Source of the DNA: Candidatus Uhrbacteria bacterium
Lineage (GTDB): Bacteria; Patescibacteriota; Patescibacteriia; UBA9934; GWF2-40-263
DNA: 64,000 bases
Direction of reading: 5' to 3'
NCBI GenBank assembly: GCA_016205975.1
Contig: JACQSK010000015.1
Span: forward strand, 10,624 to 74,623
The first letter of the stretch is position 1; each line of letters begins with the position of its first letter. A model generated the notes under the pieces. That model was not told the DNA's origin and did not search any database. It saw only the letters and a list, made by a program, of their open reading frames with translations. Below, one piece after another: positions 47,097-57,115 of the stretch. Both the position numbers and the translations under genes were made by a program.

Positions 47097-47753
47097 ATGC
47101 GTATCTCTCCCTTAGCCGCGTTTGCCCTCCTGCCCCTCTTGGGTGCTGGATGTGTCTCGTCCATTGCCACCCATCCCATGCCCGATGAGTTTTGGGGTTC
47201 TGGTTCCTGGAGGTTCGATTCTCAAGAAGAGCGTTTGCACGATGGCGCAAGCGGCGTGGCGCTCGTGGTCCTGAAGTTCACACGCATCACGGGCGACCAG
47301 TACGAGATTTTCGGCGACGTGACTTACGTTGAGGACGAAATGCGCTGCGACGAAGCGCAGCCTTCCGGCCGTATCTGTCCCCTGAACACCTGCAGCTATG
47401 TGAATGCGGACCCCGGCACCATCGCCGGCACAGCCGAGGTGACAAATGGCGTGCTGACGCTCAAGCCGGTCTGGAACGGCGACGATCTGCCGATGGAGCG
47501 CGTGCGTTTCTCCTGTAGAACGGACGGCGACATGGAGCACGACACCGCGGCGGTACGTTCGACCATGGATGTCTATGGTGCGGGGTTTGTGGACACCGTC
47601 TGGACGATGGACGTGGACGGCATCACATTCATCGACGATTTGCCAGGCGGCGAGGTGACGGACACGAAGACCGCGTCCAAGAGTTTTGAGACGGAAGTCG
47701 GGCTGGTCAAAGCGGAGGGGTTGTTTGCCTTGTATCGGAATGAACCGGAGTAG
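47097..47753 (+). CDS. Putative lipoprotein (lipobox LLGAGC)
   Basis: Signal peptide with an L-x-G-C lipobox, seen directly. Confidence 0.6.
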   Translation: MRISPLAAFALLPLLGAGCVSSIATHPMPDEFWGSGSWRFDSQEERLHDGASGVALVVLKFTRITGDQYEIFGDVTYVEDEMRCDEAQPSGRICPLNTCSYVNADPGTIAGTAEVTNGVLTLKPVWNGDDLPMERVRFSCRTDGDMEHDTAAVRSTMDVYGAGFVDTVWTMDVDGITFIDDLPGGEVTDTKTASKSFETEVGLVKAEGLFALYRNEPE

Positions 47754-47873
47754 AGAACGCTGGGTTTTGTCCCCTTGACTTGCGTTTTTTAGGTGTATAC
47801 TTAGGACACTGGAGTCATAATTCATCTCATTAAATAACGTACGGTAAAGTCTAACCTATCTTAGTCTCATCCT

Positions 47874-48239
47874 ATGCAGACACTCTTTCTCATCGGCCAG
47901 GTCGTGCTTGGCGTCTACTTCATCCAAGCCGGCCTTACACATCTCACCAAGCTCGACATGCTGAGCGGCTACGCAGCATCGAAAAACGTGCCAGCGCCCA
48001 AGCTCGCCGTGGGCGTGACAGGGCTCATGCTGCTGTTGGGCGGCGTGGGCGTGCTGTTCCAGTATCAACTCGTCTGGGCCTACGGATTTCTCGTCGCGTT
48101 TCTCGTCCTGGCCGCCTTTACTATGCATCGGTACTGGGCTGACCAAGACCCGAACATGAAAATGTCGAACCGCGTGAATTTCCAAAAAAATCTGGCTCTC
48201 GCCGCCGCGCTTATCATGCTACTCGCACTGCAAGCATAG
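47874..48239 (+). CDS. DoxX-family membrane protein
   Basis: Four TM helices in the DoxX pattern. Confidence 0.65.
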   Translation: MQTLFLIGQVVLGVYFIQAGLTHLTKLDMLSGYAASKNVPAPKLAVGVTGLMLLLGGVGVLFQYQLVWAYGFLVAFLVLAAFTMHRYWADQDPNMKMSNRVNFQKNLALAAALIMLLALQA

Positions 48240-48275
48240 AACAGGAGTATGAACACGCCGTAAAGGAATTGTCTC

Positions 48276-48830
48276 GTGATACATGGCTGTCCTGAGAGCG
48301 CAGAGTCTCGCATGGATTTAAGTGAGCGGACGTACACGAAGCACTGGATCCCCTGGATCCGACGCGAGTTGAACGCGCGAGGGATTCCCACACAAGTGCC
48401 GCTTCTCCCGGAACCGTGGGCGCCGGTGTATGAGAACTTTAAGGCCGAGTTTGAGAAGTATCCCGTAAACGAGTCGACGATCTTGATCGGTCATTCTTGT
48501 GGTGGAGCGTTCCTGGTGCGATGGCTCGGCGACACGAAACAAAAAATCGACACGCTCATCCTCGTCGCACCATGGAAGATCCCCGATCCCGACAAGGTGG
48601 GACGCGATGCCTACTACGAGTACCCCATCGACGAGACGATCAAGGAGCGCGTCGGTCGTATTGTGATGTTCATTGCCGACGATGAAGAAGAGGACGGGAA
48701 GAAAAGCGTCGAGATTTTTCACAACGCCCTGGGCGGTAAGCTCATCGAACTCCACGGTCGCGGCCACTTCACCATGGACTCCATGAGGACGGATGCGTTT
48801 CCGGAGTTGCTGGATGAGGTTCTTGCATAA
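48276..48830 (+). CDS. Alpha/beta hydrolase, YdeN/RBBP9-like serine hydrolase
   Basis: GHSCGG nucleophile elbow. Confidence 0.65.
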   Translation: MIHGCPESAESRMDLSERTYTKHWIPWIRRELNARGIPTQVPLLPEPWAPVYENFKAEFEKYPVNESTILIGHSCGGAFLVRWLGDTKQKIDTLILVAPWKIPDPDKVGRDAYYEYPIDETIKERVGRIVMFIADDEEEDGKKSVEIFHNALGGKLIELHGRGHFTMDSMRTDAFPELLDEVLA

Positions 48831-48872
48831 TCGTGAAAATTGATGATTTAACAGACTTTTTCACGATTATGG

Positions 48873-48902
48873 TTGACATAAACGTGAAAATTGGCGTATA
48901 AT
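48873..48902 (+). promoter_or_regulatory. Strong sigma70-like promoter (TTGACA-18-TATAAT) for the fic gene in an AT-rich patch
   Basis: Perfect consensus hexamers seen directly. Confidence 0.5.
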
Positions 48903-48917
48903 GTGGAAACTAACGAT

Positions 48918-49799
48918 ATGGCACGCATTCCACAGACATTCTCCGTCATCCAGTCGCTTCGCGATCGCTATTACCAAGCCCTCCCCGGTAAGGAGGCTTT
49001 AGTTAAGCTTATTACCGAGGCAGAGATTCCTGAGCAGGTTTATAACTCCAACGCCATTGAGAACAGCACGTTGACCCTTCAGGAGACAGAAAAAATTCTT
49101 CTTCAGATGGATCTTGATCGTTTTGTCAGTGAGCGAGAAATTTTTGAAGCCAAGAATCTTGCGCGTGTCGCGCAGTACATAGAAGCCAAGGCAAAAGAGG
49201 CCGAGATTTCGCTTCCCCTGATGCTCCTGCTTCACAAGATGCTCATTGCCAATATTCGCGATGAGATCGCCGGTCGTTTTAGAAAGGACGATGAGTGGGT
49301 GCGTGTAGGTACGCATTTAGGTGCGGACCCCAAACAGGTCGAGTCATTACTCACCGACATGCTCACGCAATACCACGCAAGCGCGAGCGAACATATTGTA
49401 AAGCGTATTGCACGCCTGCATCTGACCTTCGAGAATATCCATCCATTTTGTGATGGGAATGGACGTATTGGCCGCGTGCTGAATAATTACGCGCTTATCC
49501 GTGAAGGCTATGTCCCGATCAACATCGCGTTCATCAACCGTTCCAGATATTACGACGCGTTCAGAGAGTTTGAGACAACAAACAAGACAGCCATTATGGA
49601 GGAGCTGGTCGGACGAGCACTGACCATGAGTTATCATAAGCGCCTCGCGTACCTGGAAGGCAAACGCATTGTCCCATTGATCCAATACGCGAAGGAGCGC
49701 AAGGAGTCGCACTCGAACCTCATTAACAAAGCCCATCGACAAACCATTTCTGCATTCATGGAAAAAGGAGAATGGAAAATCGCCTATGACCGACTTTGA
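48918..49799 (+). CDS. Fic-family protein (AMPylator type) with intramolecular inhibitory motif
   Basis: Fic motif HPFCDGNGRIGR. Upstream SNAIEN matches the (S/T)xxxE(G/N) inhibitory helix. Start taken at the MARIPQ ATG (48918). Confidence 0.8.
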   Translation: MARIPQTFSVIQSLRDRYYQALPGKEALVKLITEAEIPEQVYNSNAIENSTLTLQETEKILLQMDLDRFVSEREIFEAKNLARVAQYIEAKAKEAEISLPLMLLLHKMLIANIRDEIAGRFRKDDEWVRVGTHLGADPKQVESLLTDMLTQYHASASEHIVKRIARLHLTFENIHPFCDGNGRIGRVLNNYALIREGYVPINIAFINRSRYYDAFREFETTNKTAIMEELVGRALTMSYHKRLAYLEGKRIVPLIQYAKERKESHSNLINKAHRQTISAFMEKGEWKIAYDRL

Positions 49800-50136
49800 A
49801 CAACTCACACAAGCGATCCAGCAGTTTATTGAGGAGCGCGACTGGAAACAGTTTCACAAGCCCAAAGACTGCGCGATCTCGCTCACGCTTGAAGCCGCAG
49901 AAGTGGCCGAGCTCTTCCAATGGAAAACCGACGAGCAGATGGAGGCGATGAAGACCGGCGACAAACAAGAGGAACTCGCCGACGAATTCTCCGACGTCCT
50001 CTTCTGGGTCCTCGCCATGGCGCACGACTTCAACATCGACATCAAATCCGCCTTCCTGCGCAAGCTCGAGAAGTCTGCGGCGAAGTATCCGGTTGAGAAG
50101 GCGAAGGGGAATAATAAGAAGTATACGGAGTACTAG
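49786..50136 (+). CDS. MazG-like nucleotide pyrophosphohydrolase (all-alpha NTP-PPase)
   Basis: EAAEVAE...DEFSDVLFWV MazG-domain signature. Confidence 0.7.
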   Translation: MTDFEQLTQAIQQFIEERDWKQFHKPKDCAISLTLEAAEVAELFQWKTDEQMEAMKTGDKQEELADEFSDVLFWVLAMAHDFNIDIKSAFLRKLEKSAAKYPVEKAKGNNKKYTEY

Positions 50137-50149
50137 GTATTATGTTTTT

Positions 50150-50793
50150 GTACAAGGATTATACTGTTGCAGAGTTCCAGTTACCGGAGCAGAAGGATAT
50201 ATCAACTGGCTCAACGACGTGTTGCACATCAAGCAGACAGCCAACTTTGACGGATGGGATAAGGGAGCATTTGATTTCAAGATTTTCAATGATCCTAACA
50301 AATTACGAGAGGCCATAAAAAAGAAGCATGAGGAAGGGCAGAAGGCGCGCATCCTTGCTGGTTACGCATGGAACCGGACAAGTGCCAAAGATGGAAATGC
50401 AGACGCTCAAGCAACGGACGTCGAGATTGCCGAGTACGATTTTCGGATGCCATGGAATTCGCGACGTGTTGGAACTACCTGGGCCATCGACCCATCAGGT
50501 GTCGATCAGGTCGGTTGCATCCACACCTCACAGGGGCTAGAGTTCGACTACGTCGGCGTCATTGTCGGCCCCGACCTTCGTTCAATCCTGAGACAATGAA
50601 GTACTTCACGAACTGGAGCGAGTACAAAGACGCAAGCGGAAAGAAAGGCCTCAAAGACGATCCAGAAAAGATGAACCAGTTCGTGCGGAACATTTACAAG
50701 GTGCTAATGACGCGGGGAAAGAAAGTGACAGTATCATATTTGACACAGAGTTATTTGACAACCGCAAAAAAATCTTGTACGCTCTTCTTATAA
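50150..50793 (+). pseudogene. 3' remnant of a DUF2075 (Schlafen-like ATPase/helicase) gene; N-terminal ATPase region absent and frameshifted near 50590
   Basis: ARILAGYAWNRTS and GCIHTSQGLEFDYVGVIVGPDL in one frame; the downstream NIYKVLMTRGKK tail in another frame. Confidence 0.6.
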
Positions 50794-50831
50794 GCGAACG
50801 AGAAGCACTCAGCCATGGGCTGAATTTTTTT

Positions 50832-52343
50832 ATGCTGGATCATCTTAAGACCCATTTTGGATTCGATGCGTTCCGGCCACTGCAGGAGGAAATCGTGACC
50901 ACGGTTCTGGCGCGCCAGGACACGCTCGTGCTGATGCCTACAGGGGGCGGGAAGTCGATGTGTTATCAATTGCCGGCGTTGTTGTTGGATGGGGTCACGC
51001 TGGTCGTGTCTCCGCTCATCGCGCTCATGAAGGATCAGGTGGATGCGCTCAACGGGAGCGGCGTACCGGCGGCGTATCTCAACAGCTCCCTCTGTGCGAA
51101 GGACGCCGCGGGCGTGCAAGAAGACGCGCTTGCGGGGAAGGTGAAACTTTTGTATGTGGCGCCTGAGCGGCTTGCGAGCTTCAGTTTTCGGCCGTTTTTT
51201 AAGCGTTTGAACGTGAGCCTGGTGGCGATTGACGAGGCCCATTGCATCTCACAATGGGGGCATGACTTCAGGCCAGAGTATGGCAACCTGCGCGACGTGC
51301 GCGCCCTGTTTCCAGAGGTGCCTCTCATCGCCCTGACCGCCACAGCCACGCCGCAGGTGCGGGAGGATATCGTAGCCTCGCTTGGGTTGCGCGACGTGAA
51401 GACGTTTGTCTCCAGCTTCAACCGTCCCAATCTCCACTATCGCGTGCAGCCAAAGTACAACACCTTTGCCGCGCTGTCCGTCCTCCTTGCACAGCACAAG
51501 CACCAATCCGTTATCATCTACTGCTTCTCACGCAAGGACACGGAAGAGCTTGCATGGGATCTTTCCCGCGCCGGATTTACGGCGCTCCCGTATCACGCGG
51601 GCCTGCCGCGAGAGGTGCGCGCGCACACGCAAGAGCAATTCATCCGCGATGAGGTGAAAATTATTGTGGCGACCATTGCCTTTGGGATGGGGATCGACAA
51701 GCCGGATGTGCGTCTGGTGGTGCACATGGACTTGCCAAAGGCTATGGAGTCGTACTATCAGGAGACCGGCCGCGCTGGCCGTGACGGGTTGCAGAGTGAC
51801 TGCGTGTTGTTTTATTCGGTGGCGGATCGGCGCAAGCAGGAGTACTTCATCAATCAGATTCCAGACGAACCAGAACGCGCGCGGGCGCGGCACAAGCTCA
51901 GGCAGATGCTGGAGTATTGTGAGGGCTCGTCCTGCCGCCGGCGTTTTGTACTTGGGTATTTTGGAGAGGCATACGCGCAACCCTCCTGTGACGCGTGCGA
52001 CAACTGCGTGAAACCCACGGACAGTCAACCTCGCGATGTCACCATGACGCAAAAAATCTTGAGTGCCGTTCTGCGCACAGGCGAACGATTCGGCATGGGA
52101 TACATTTGTGACGTGTTGCGCGGCTCCCGCAAAAAGCGCGTGCTTGAAAATAAACACGACCGCCTTTCCGTCCACGGTCTGTTGCGCAGCGTCCCCGAAG
52201 CAGACCTGCGCGGTCACATCTCCTCCCTTGTGCGCACCGGCGAACTGGAGAAAGTCGCGGGCGAGTATCCGACGCTGCGCGTGAGCAAGGCTGGGAGGGA
52301 GTCGTTGAAGCAGGCCGTTCCTCCGGAGACTCCATCGGTGTGA
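50832..52343 (+). CDS. recQ: ATP-dependent DNA helicase RecQ (compact form with zinc-binding domain)
   Basis: FRPLQEE, PTGGGKS (motif I), DEAH-box region, RecQ-C zinc cysteines CRR...CDACDNC. Confidence 0.9.
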   Translation: MLDHLKTHFGFDAFRPLQEEIVTTVLARQDTLVLMPTGGGKSMCYQLPALLLDGVTLVVSPLIALMKDQVDALNGSGVPAAYLNSSLCAKDAAGVQEDALAGKVKLLYVAPERLASFSFRPFFKRLNVSLVAIDEAHCISQWGHDFRPEYGNLRDVRALFPEVPLIALTATATPQVREDIVASLGLRDVKTFVSSFNRPNLHYRVQPKYNTFAALSVLLAQHKHQSVIIYCFSRKDTEELAWDLSRAGFTALPYHAGLPREVRAHTQEQFIRDEVKIIVATIAFGMGIDKPDVRLVVHMDLPKAMESYYQETGRAGRDGLQSDCVLFYSVADRRKQEYFINQIPDEPERARARHKLRQMLEYCEGSSCRRRFVLGYFGEAYAQPSCDACDNCVKPTDSQPRDVTMTQKILSAVLRTGERFGMGYICDVLRGSRKKRVLENKHDRLSVHGLLRSVPEADLRGHISSLVRTGELEKVAGEYPTLRVSKAGRESLKQAVPPETPSV

Positions 52344-52355
52344 AGACGAGAGGAT

Positions 52356-52667
52356 ATGGAAATCCGTTTCTTTCATACAGAGATCGAACAGTTTATCGCC
52401 ACACTCGAAAAGTCAACGATTGCAAAAGTCTTGCGGACGTTCGATTTGTTGGAGACGTTTGGATACCGACTCGGCATGCCTCATTCTAAAAAGATTGACA
52501 CGAGTCTTTTTGAGTTGCGGATTCGTGGTGTCCAAGAGGTTCGATTTTTGTATACGTTTCGAAAAGGAGAGATCGTGATCGTCTTGCATGGTTTTGTGAA
52601 AAAATCTCAAAAACTTGCACTGAAGGAGAGAAAGCTCGCACAACAGAGGAAAATTTCGTTGACCTAG
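52356..52667 (+). CDS. HigB/Gp49-like (RelE/ParE superfamily) toxin
   Basis: LFELRIRGVQEVRFLYTFRKGEIVIVLHGFVKKSQK signature. Confidence 0.7.
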   Translation: MEIRFFHTEIEQFIATLEKSTIAKVLRTFDLLETFGYRLGMPHSKKIDTSLFELRIRGVQEVRFLYTFRKGEIVIVLHGFVKKSQKLALKERKLAQQRKISLT

Positions 52668-52695
52668 TATAACAGATGTGTTATATTTTTTTTGT

Positions 52696-52968
52696 ATGAA
52701 ATCTTACCGCGTCCTCAGAGAGAGCTTTTTGGCTGATAGGGAAGTACGAAAAGCCTACGACGAACTTGGTCCGGAGTTTGTCATTATTGAGAAACTTATC
52801 CAAAGACGATTGCACAGAGGCGTGACACAAGGACAGCTGGCTGAGATGATCGGAACAAAGCAGGCGGCCATTTCTCGTTTCGAGTCTGGAAAATATAATC
52901 CCACGGTTGGTTTTCTGTATAAGGTTGCCGATGCTCTTGATGTCAAATTGAAAGTGACCATTTCCTAG
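52696..52968 (+). CDS. HTH XRE-family antitoxin (HigA-like)
   Basis: LAEMIGTKQAAISRFESG helix-turn-helix, immediately downstream of the toxin gene. Confidence 0.7.
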   Translation: MKSYRVLRESFLADREVRKAYDELGPEFVIIEKLIQRRLHRGVTQGQLAEMIGTKQAAISRFESGKYNPTVGFLYKVADALDVKLKVTIS

Positions 52969-52982
52969 CCTGCTGAATCTCT

Positions 52983-53513
52983 ATGACCTGGCGAACCCAT
53001 GCCGTCGTTGGCGCCAATGCCGTTTGGATCACTGCGTTTTTTTCGTCCGTGGACGCAACCGCGTTCGGGCTCCTGGTGGCGGGCGCGTTTGCGGGTCTTT
53101 TGCCCGATATTGACGCGAGCGCGCGCGGGGCAAAAATCCACTACGTCGCAGAAGGGACGTTCGGCATGTTCAAGGGCGTGTTCCAACATCGCGGATTTTT
53201 TCACTCGCTCCTGGCCGTGGCGACCGTATTCCTCTTGAGTTTCTGGTTTCTGCGCGCTTATCACCCGTTCCTTCCTGCGATCCTCGCGCTCGGCTACGCG
53301 AGTCATCCGATCATCGACGGCTTTAACACGGTGGGCGTGCGCTATCTGTTTCCCAAACGCGAGAGGTACAACCTCATTCCAAAATTATTCCGCACGCCCG
53401 TTCACGGCTTTGCCGATCAGCTTTTCTTTATCGCAGGGAGCTTGGGCATCGCCCTGTTTGTTCTCTCCTACGCTGTTAATTTTTCTTTCTCGTTTGGCAC
53501 GATTGCTTTGTAA
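52983..53513 (+). CDS. Membrane-bound metal-dependent hydrolase (DUF457/YdjM family)
   Basis: TM segments with conserved His/Asp pattern (HSLLA...HPIIDGF). Confidence 0.6.
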   Translation: MTWRTHAVVGANAVWITAFFSSVDATAFGLLVAGAFAGLLPDIDASARGAKIHYVAEGTFGMFKGVFQHRGFFHSLLAVATVFLLSFWFLRAYHPFLPAILALGYASHPIIDGFNTVGVRYLFPKRERYNLIPKLFRTPVHGFADQLFFIAGSLGIALFVLSYAVNFSFSFGTIAL

Positions 53514-53521
53514 CCACAGCT

Positions 53522-54238
53522 ATGACGCTTTTTCTCCTGGCTCTCTTGGCCCTCCTGGCCTCTATGATCGGGACCGTCACGGGATTTGGCGTCTCGATGG
53601 TTATGGTTCCTGTGCTCCTTCTTTTTTTTCCTCTCCCGACCACGCTGCTGCTTGTGGGAGTCATCCACTGGTTTGAGGACGTCTGGAAACTGGTGTTGTT
53701 CCGCGAGGGCGTGCGATGGAAGTTGCTACTGCTGTTTAGCGTTCCCGGTAGCGTGTTTACCCTTTTGGGTGCGCGCATCGTTCTGGCTTCCTCTGGCGAG
53801 CAGATGCTCCCATGGCTTGCCTGGTTTCTTATCGCCTACGTCTTCTTTCTGTTCCTCCATCCGTCCTTCAAGATCCGTCCGCGCCCTGCCGTGGCCGCCG
53901 TCGGTGGAGCGCTTTCGGGATTTGCAGCCGGCCTCTTGGGTATCGGCGGCGCGATTCGCGGCGCGTTCTTGAGCGCGTTTGATTTACCCAAGGCCGTCTA
54001 TTTGGCGACGGGAGGCGCGGTCGGACTCATCGTCGACTCGGTGCGGCTGGGTGCCTATGTGCAAGGAGGCTTTGTGCTCCCCTCGACGCTCCTGTTTGGC
54101 TTGGGGCTTTTTATTCCTGCCTCATTCTTGGGCGCGTTCTTGGGGAGGCGTCTGGTGGCTCGGATCCCGCAAAAACAATTCCGCACCGTCGTGGCCGTAT
54201 TCCTGCTCGCCGTCGCCGTGCGGTTGCTGTTGGTTTGA
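53522..54238 (+). CDS. TauE/SafE-family (DUF81) anion exporter
   Basis: Two repeated 4-TM halves with GxGGG-type motifs. Confidence 0.7.
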   Translation: MTLFLLALLALLASMIGTVTGFGVSMVMVPVLLLFFPLPTTLLLVGVIHWFEDVWKLVLFREGVRWKLLLLFSVPGSVFTLLGARIVLASSGEQMLPWLAWFLIAYVFFLFLHPSFKIRPRPAVAAVGGALSGFAAGLLGIGGAIRGAFLSAFDLPKAVYLATGGAVGLIVDSVRLGAYVQGGFVLPSTLLFGLGLFIPASFLGAFLGRRLVARIPQKQFRTVVAVFLLAVAVRLLLV

Positions 54239-54281
54239 CAGCCCATGGACCGCAACGCATCGACTTTTCTAGAGATCTCTT

Positions 54282-54923
54282 ATGAAAGAAAGCATCACCC
54301 TCACAACCTCCGACCGAATCGAACTGGCGGCGATCTATCGGCATACGGGCCAAGACAGGATCGCCATCTTGTTGCACATGATGCCCTCGACCAAGGAAAG
54401 CTGGGACGCGATCGCGGAGGCGTTGCTCGAGCGCGGGGTTGCGTCACTCGCGTTTGATCAGCGCGGGCACGGGGGAAGCACGATGGGCGGCACGCTCGAT
54501 TACAAAACATTCACGCCCGAGCAGCAACAGCATAAGCGTCTCGATCTGGAGGCCGCGCTTGCCTGGGCGCGCGAACAGGGATTCGACGAAGCGCGCACGA
54601 TCCTCATCGGCGCCTCGATCGGCGCGAACCTCGCGATCCGCGCGCTCGCGCAGCACCGCGGCTTGCCGCTCGCGATCGCCCTCTCGCCCGGCCTCGATTA
54701 CCGCGGGGTTAAAACCAACGAGGCGATCCAGACCCTGGGGTCCAATCAAAAAGTCGTGCTTGTTGCCAGCGATGATGATGACCGCCCGTCCTGGGACAGC
54801 GTGCATGAACTGCATCGTCTTAACCCGTCTACCGTTTTGATAGAGCGCCATGGCCTGGGCCACGGCACGGACATGACCGACCGTGACCCAACGCTCGTTG
54901 CCGAGCTTCTAGCCTTTTTATAA
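54282..54923 (+). CDS. Alpha/beta hydrolase (dienelactone-hydrolase-like)
   Basis: GASIG nucleophile motif. Confidence 0.6.
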   Translation: MKESITLTTSDRIELAAIYRHTGQDRIAILLHMMPSTKESWDAIAEALLERGVASLAFDQRGHGGSTMGGTLDYKTFTPEQQQHKRLDLEAALAWAREQGFDEARTILIGASIGANLAIRALAQHRGLPLAIALSPGLDYRGVKTNEAIQTLGSNQKVVLVASDDDDRPSWDSVHELHRLNPSTVLIERHGLGHGTDMTDRDPTLVAELLAFL

Positions 54924-54969
54924 GTTTGCGTGTGGCTGCACGAGTCGCCGTGCGCTATACTGAAGTCAT

Positions 54970-55335
54970 ATGATCAACGTCAATATCGTAAACGCCGCGG
55001 TGTTTATCACTGTGGCCGTGCTCCATGTCGTGAGGCTTCTCACCGGAGCCGATGCCGTAATCGGCGGCATCGAAATCGCCCCTTGGCTCTCGGCCGTCGC
55101 GGTCGCGGGCGCGGTGGTGCTCGCCTGGTGGAATCTAAAATCTCTCCCCGCCATCGGCAAGAGAGAGATTCTGCGGCTCATCCAGGCACTCGTCGCAATC
55201 GACGCCGTTATCTGTTTTTATTCTTGGGTTGCCGGACTTTCTTATTGGGGATTCTCTGGGAACCTATTCCTCTGGGGCGTCGCCTTTGACGTGGTCGTGA
55301 TTCTCGTGATCGCTCAGGCGCTCAAGAAGTCCTAG
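54970..55335 (+). CDS. Small hypothetical membrane protein
   Basis: Four predicted TM helices. Confidence 0.5.
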   Translation: MINVNIVNAAVFITVAVLHVVRLLTGADAVIGGIEIAPWLSAVAVAGAVVLAWWNLKSLPAIGKREILRLIQALVAIDAVICFYSWVAGLSYWGFSGNLFLWGVAFDVVVILVIAQALKKS

Positions 55336-55690
55336 GTCGGCGGTGAGGTTTATTCGCCCACACGAGTGCGAGGCTGGCGGCGAGGAGCCCGATGTCGCGC
55401 ACAGTCGTCGCGTCAATGCCCACAAGCGTGAGCACCAGCACCAAGTGGATACTGGCGATCAAGGCAGCGATCCAGGTAAAAAGATCTACGAGGAGAAAGA
55501 GACCTACCAGGACATCCAAGACGGCCGTGCCGACCATGGCCGCAGTCTGCGATAAGGGGAGGAGATCGACGGCCCAGGGCTGCAGCAGACCGCCCCAGGC
55601 TTCTGGGTCGCGGAAGATGAGGACACCGATCCACAGGAACGTGATGCCAACGCCTACGCGCACGAGGTGCATGGCTTGATTAGTTTGCAT
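55322..55690 (-). CDS. DoxX-like membrane protein (minus strand)
   Basis: Hydrophobic 4-TM protein. The opposite-strand ORFs here are Arg-rich artefacts. Confidence 0.5.
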   Translation of the reverse strand: MQTNQAMHLVRVGVGITFLWIGVLIFRDPEAWGGLLQPWAVDLLPLSQTAAMVGTAVLDVLVGLFLLVDLFTWIAALIASIHLVLVLTLVGIDATTVRDIGLLAASLALVWANKPHRRPRTS

Positions 55691-56108
55691 AGGGAGTGAG
55701 GATGAAGGCGTGAGTGAGCAAGATGATGGACATGATGAGGATGGTGAGGCTTGAGAGCAAGCACCAGAAACACCAGGCGCGGATGACGCGCCACTGCAAA
55801 TAGAAAAATCGCACGGAGAGAAGGAGCGCGACCAAGGTCGCCGCGCTCACAATCTGGTTCAAGAGCGGCAGGGGACCGATGCCCACGACGATGATCGCCG
55901 AGAGGGTGCTCACGCCCAGGTAGAAGACCAAACCGAGCACGTCGTTGTAGACGCCCAGGAGCTTGTTGTACTTGCTTTCGAGGACTTGTGCACACCCTCC
56001 ACCAATAGGACAGATCGGTTTTCGGCTAGCATAGCGCTCGCCAATGAGATAGGCCGTTTCGGCAATGCCGATTGCCGCCATCGTAAAGAACAGGGAAGAA
56101 GCCGTCAT
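55680..56108 (-). CDS. Vitamin K epoxide reductase (VKOR) family protein
   Basis: CPIGGGC loop cysteines and a CFWC active-site motif in a TM helix. Confidence 0.7.
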   Translation of the reverse strand: MTASSLFFTMAAIGIAETAYLIGERYASRKPICPIGGGCAQVLESKYNKLLGVYNDVLGLVFYLGVSTLSAIIVVGIGPLPLLNQIVSAATLVALLLSVRFFYLQWRVIRAWCFWCLLSSLTILIMSIILLTHAFILTPYAN

Positions 56109-56152
56109 AAGCCGCTCGATAAAATACGCCGTTCACGTTATACTCCTAGTAT

Positions 56153-57115
56153 ATGACAACACCCCTCTCATCGAAAAGCACCGCTCGGGACGTCTTTTCG
56201 TATCTGCTCATGATCATCATGCTCTATGTGGGCGTGGTGAGTTTTATTACGCTCCTGTTCCAGTACGTGAACGTGAGTTTTCCCGACGCGCTCGACTCCT
56301 GGATGATGTTCAGTGCCGGCGAGATTATGCGCCGCGCGATCTCGGCCCTCCTCATCGTGTGGCCGGTGTACGTGCTCATGTCTTGGTTTATCGGTAAGGA
56401 CCTACGAGCCGACCAAACCAAGCAAGGGCTCTGGGTGCGCAAGTGGCTGTTGTACCTCACGCTGTTCGTGGCCTCGCTCACCGTCATCATTGATCTTATC
56501 ACGCTCGTGAATACGTTTTTGAGCGGAGAGATTACCACGCGTTTTATCTTGAAGGTCCTGGTCGTGCTGGTGGTGGCCGTCGCCGTGTTTGCCTATTACC
56601 TCTGGGAGCTTCGGCGCGATCCAAGCGTCCGCACAAAACTTCCCCTACACGCCGCGGTGGCCACGTCGGTGGTGATCGCAGGCGCGATCGTGGCGAGCTT
56701 TATCATCGTGGGGAGCCCTGCCAAGCAGCGCGCCGTGCGCATGGACGAGCAGCGCGTCTGGGACTTGCAGTCGATCCAAAACGAGACGCTGAGCTACTGG
56801 ATCCAGAAAGAGGCACTGCCCGCAACGCTGCAAGATTTGAAAGATCCTTTCAGCGGCTATGACGCGCCGACCGATCCTTTGACCGGGGAGCCGTATGTCT
56901 ACACCGTAAAAGGAGACCTTGAGTTTGAAGTCTGCGCCGTATTTGAGACGGAAGTGGCATCGGACGTACAGGGCACGGGAGCCAAGCCCACGATGTATTA
57001 CAGCTATCGCGATTCTTCTTTCGACGTGTGGGCGCACGGCATGGGCATGACCTGTTTCTCACGCACCATCGATCCCGAACTCTACGATGACCAAGGAGGA
57101 GCAATCGTCCCATGA
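56153..57115 (+). CDS. Hypothetical membrane protein (N-terminal 4-5 TM + C-terminal soluble domain)
   Basis: Hydropathy only; no family assigned. Confidence 0.55.
   Translation: MTTPLSSKSTARDVFSYLLMIIMLYVGVVSFITLLFQYVNVSFPDALDSWMMFSAGEIMRRAISALLIVWPVYVLMSWFIGKDLRADQTKQGLWVRKWLLYLTLFVASLTVIIDLITLVNTFLSGEITTRFILKVLVVLVVAVAVFAYYLWELRRDPSVRTKLPLHAAVATSVVIAGAIVASFIIVGSPAKQRAVRMDEQRVWDLQSIQNETLSYWIQKEALPATLQDLKDPFSGYDAPTDPLTGEPYVYTVKGDLEFEVCAVFETEVASDVQGTGAKPTMYYSYRDSSFDVWAHGMGMTCFSRTIDPELYDDQGGAIVP

Noticed and set aside
48833-48892. Repeated CGTGAAAATT motif (two copies about 50 nt apart) upstream of fic as an operator or iteron
   Set aside because: Only two short copies inside an AT-rich promoter region. 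Not distinguishable from chance.
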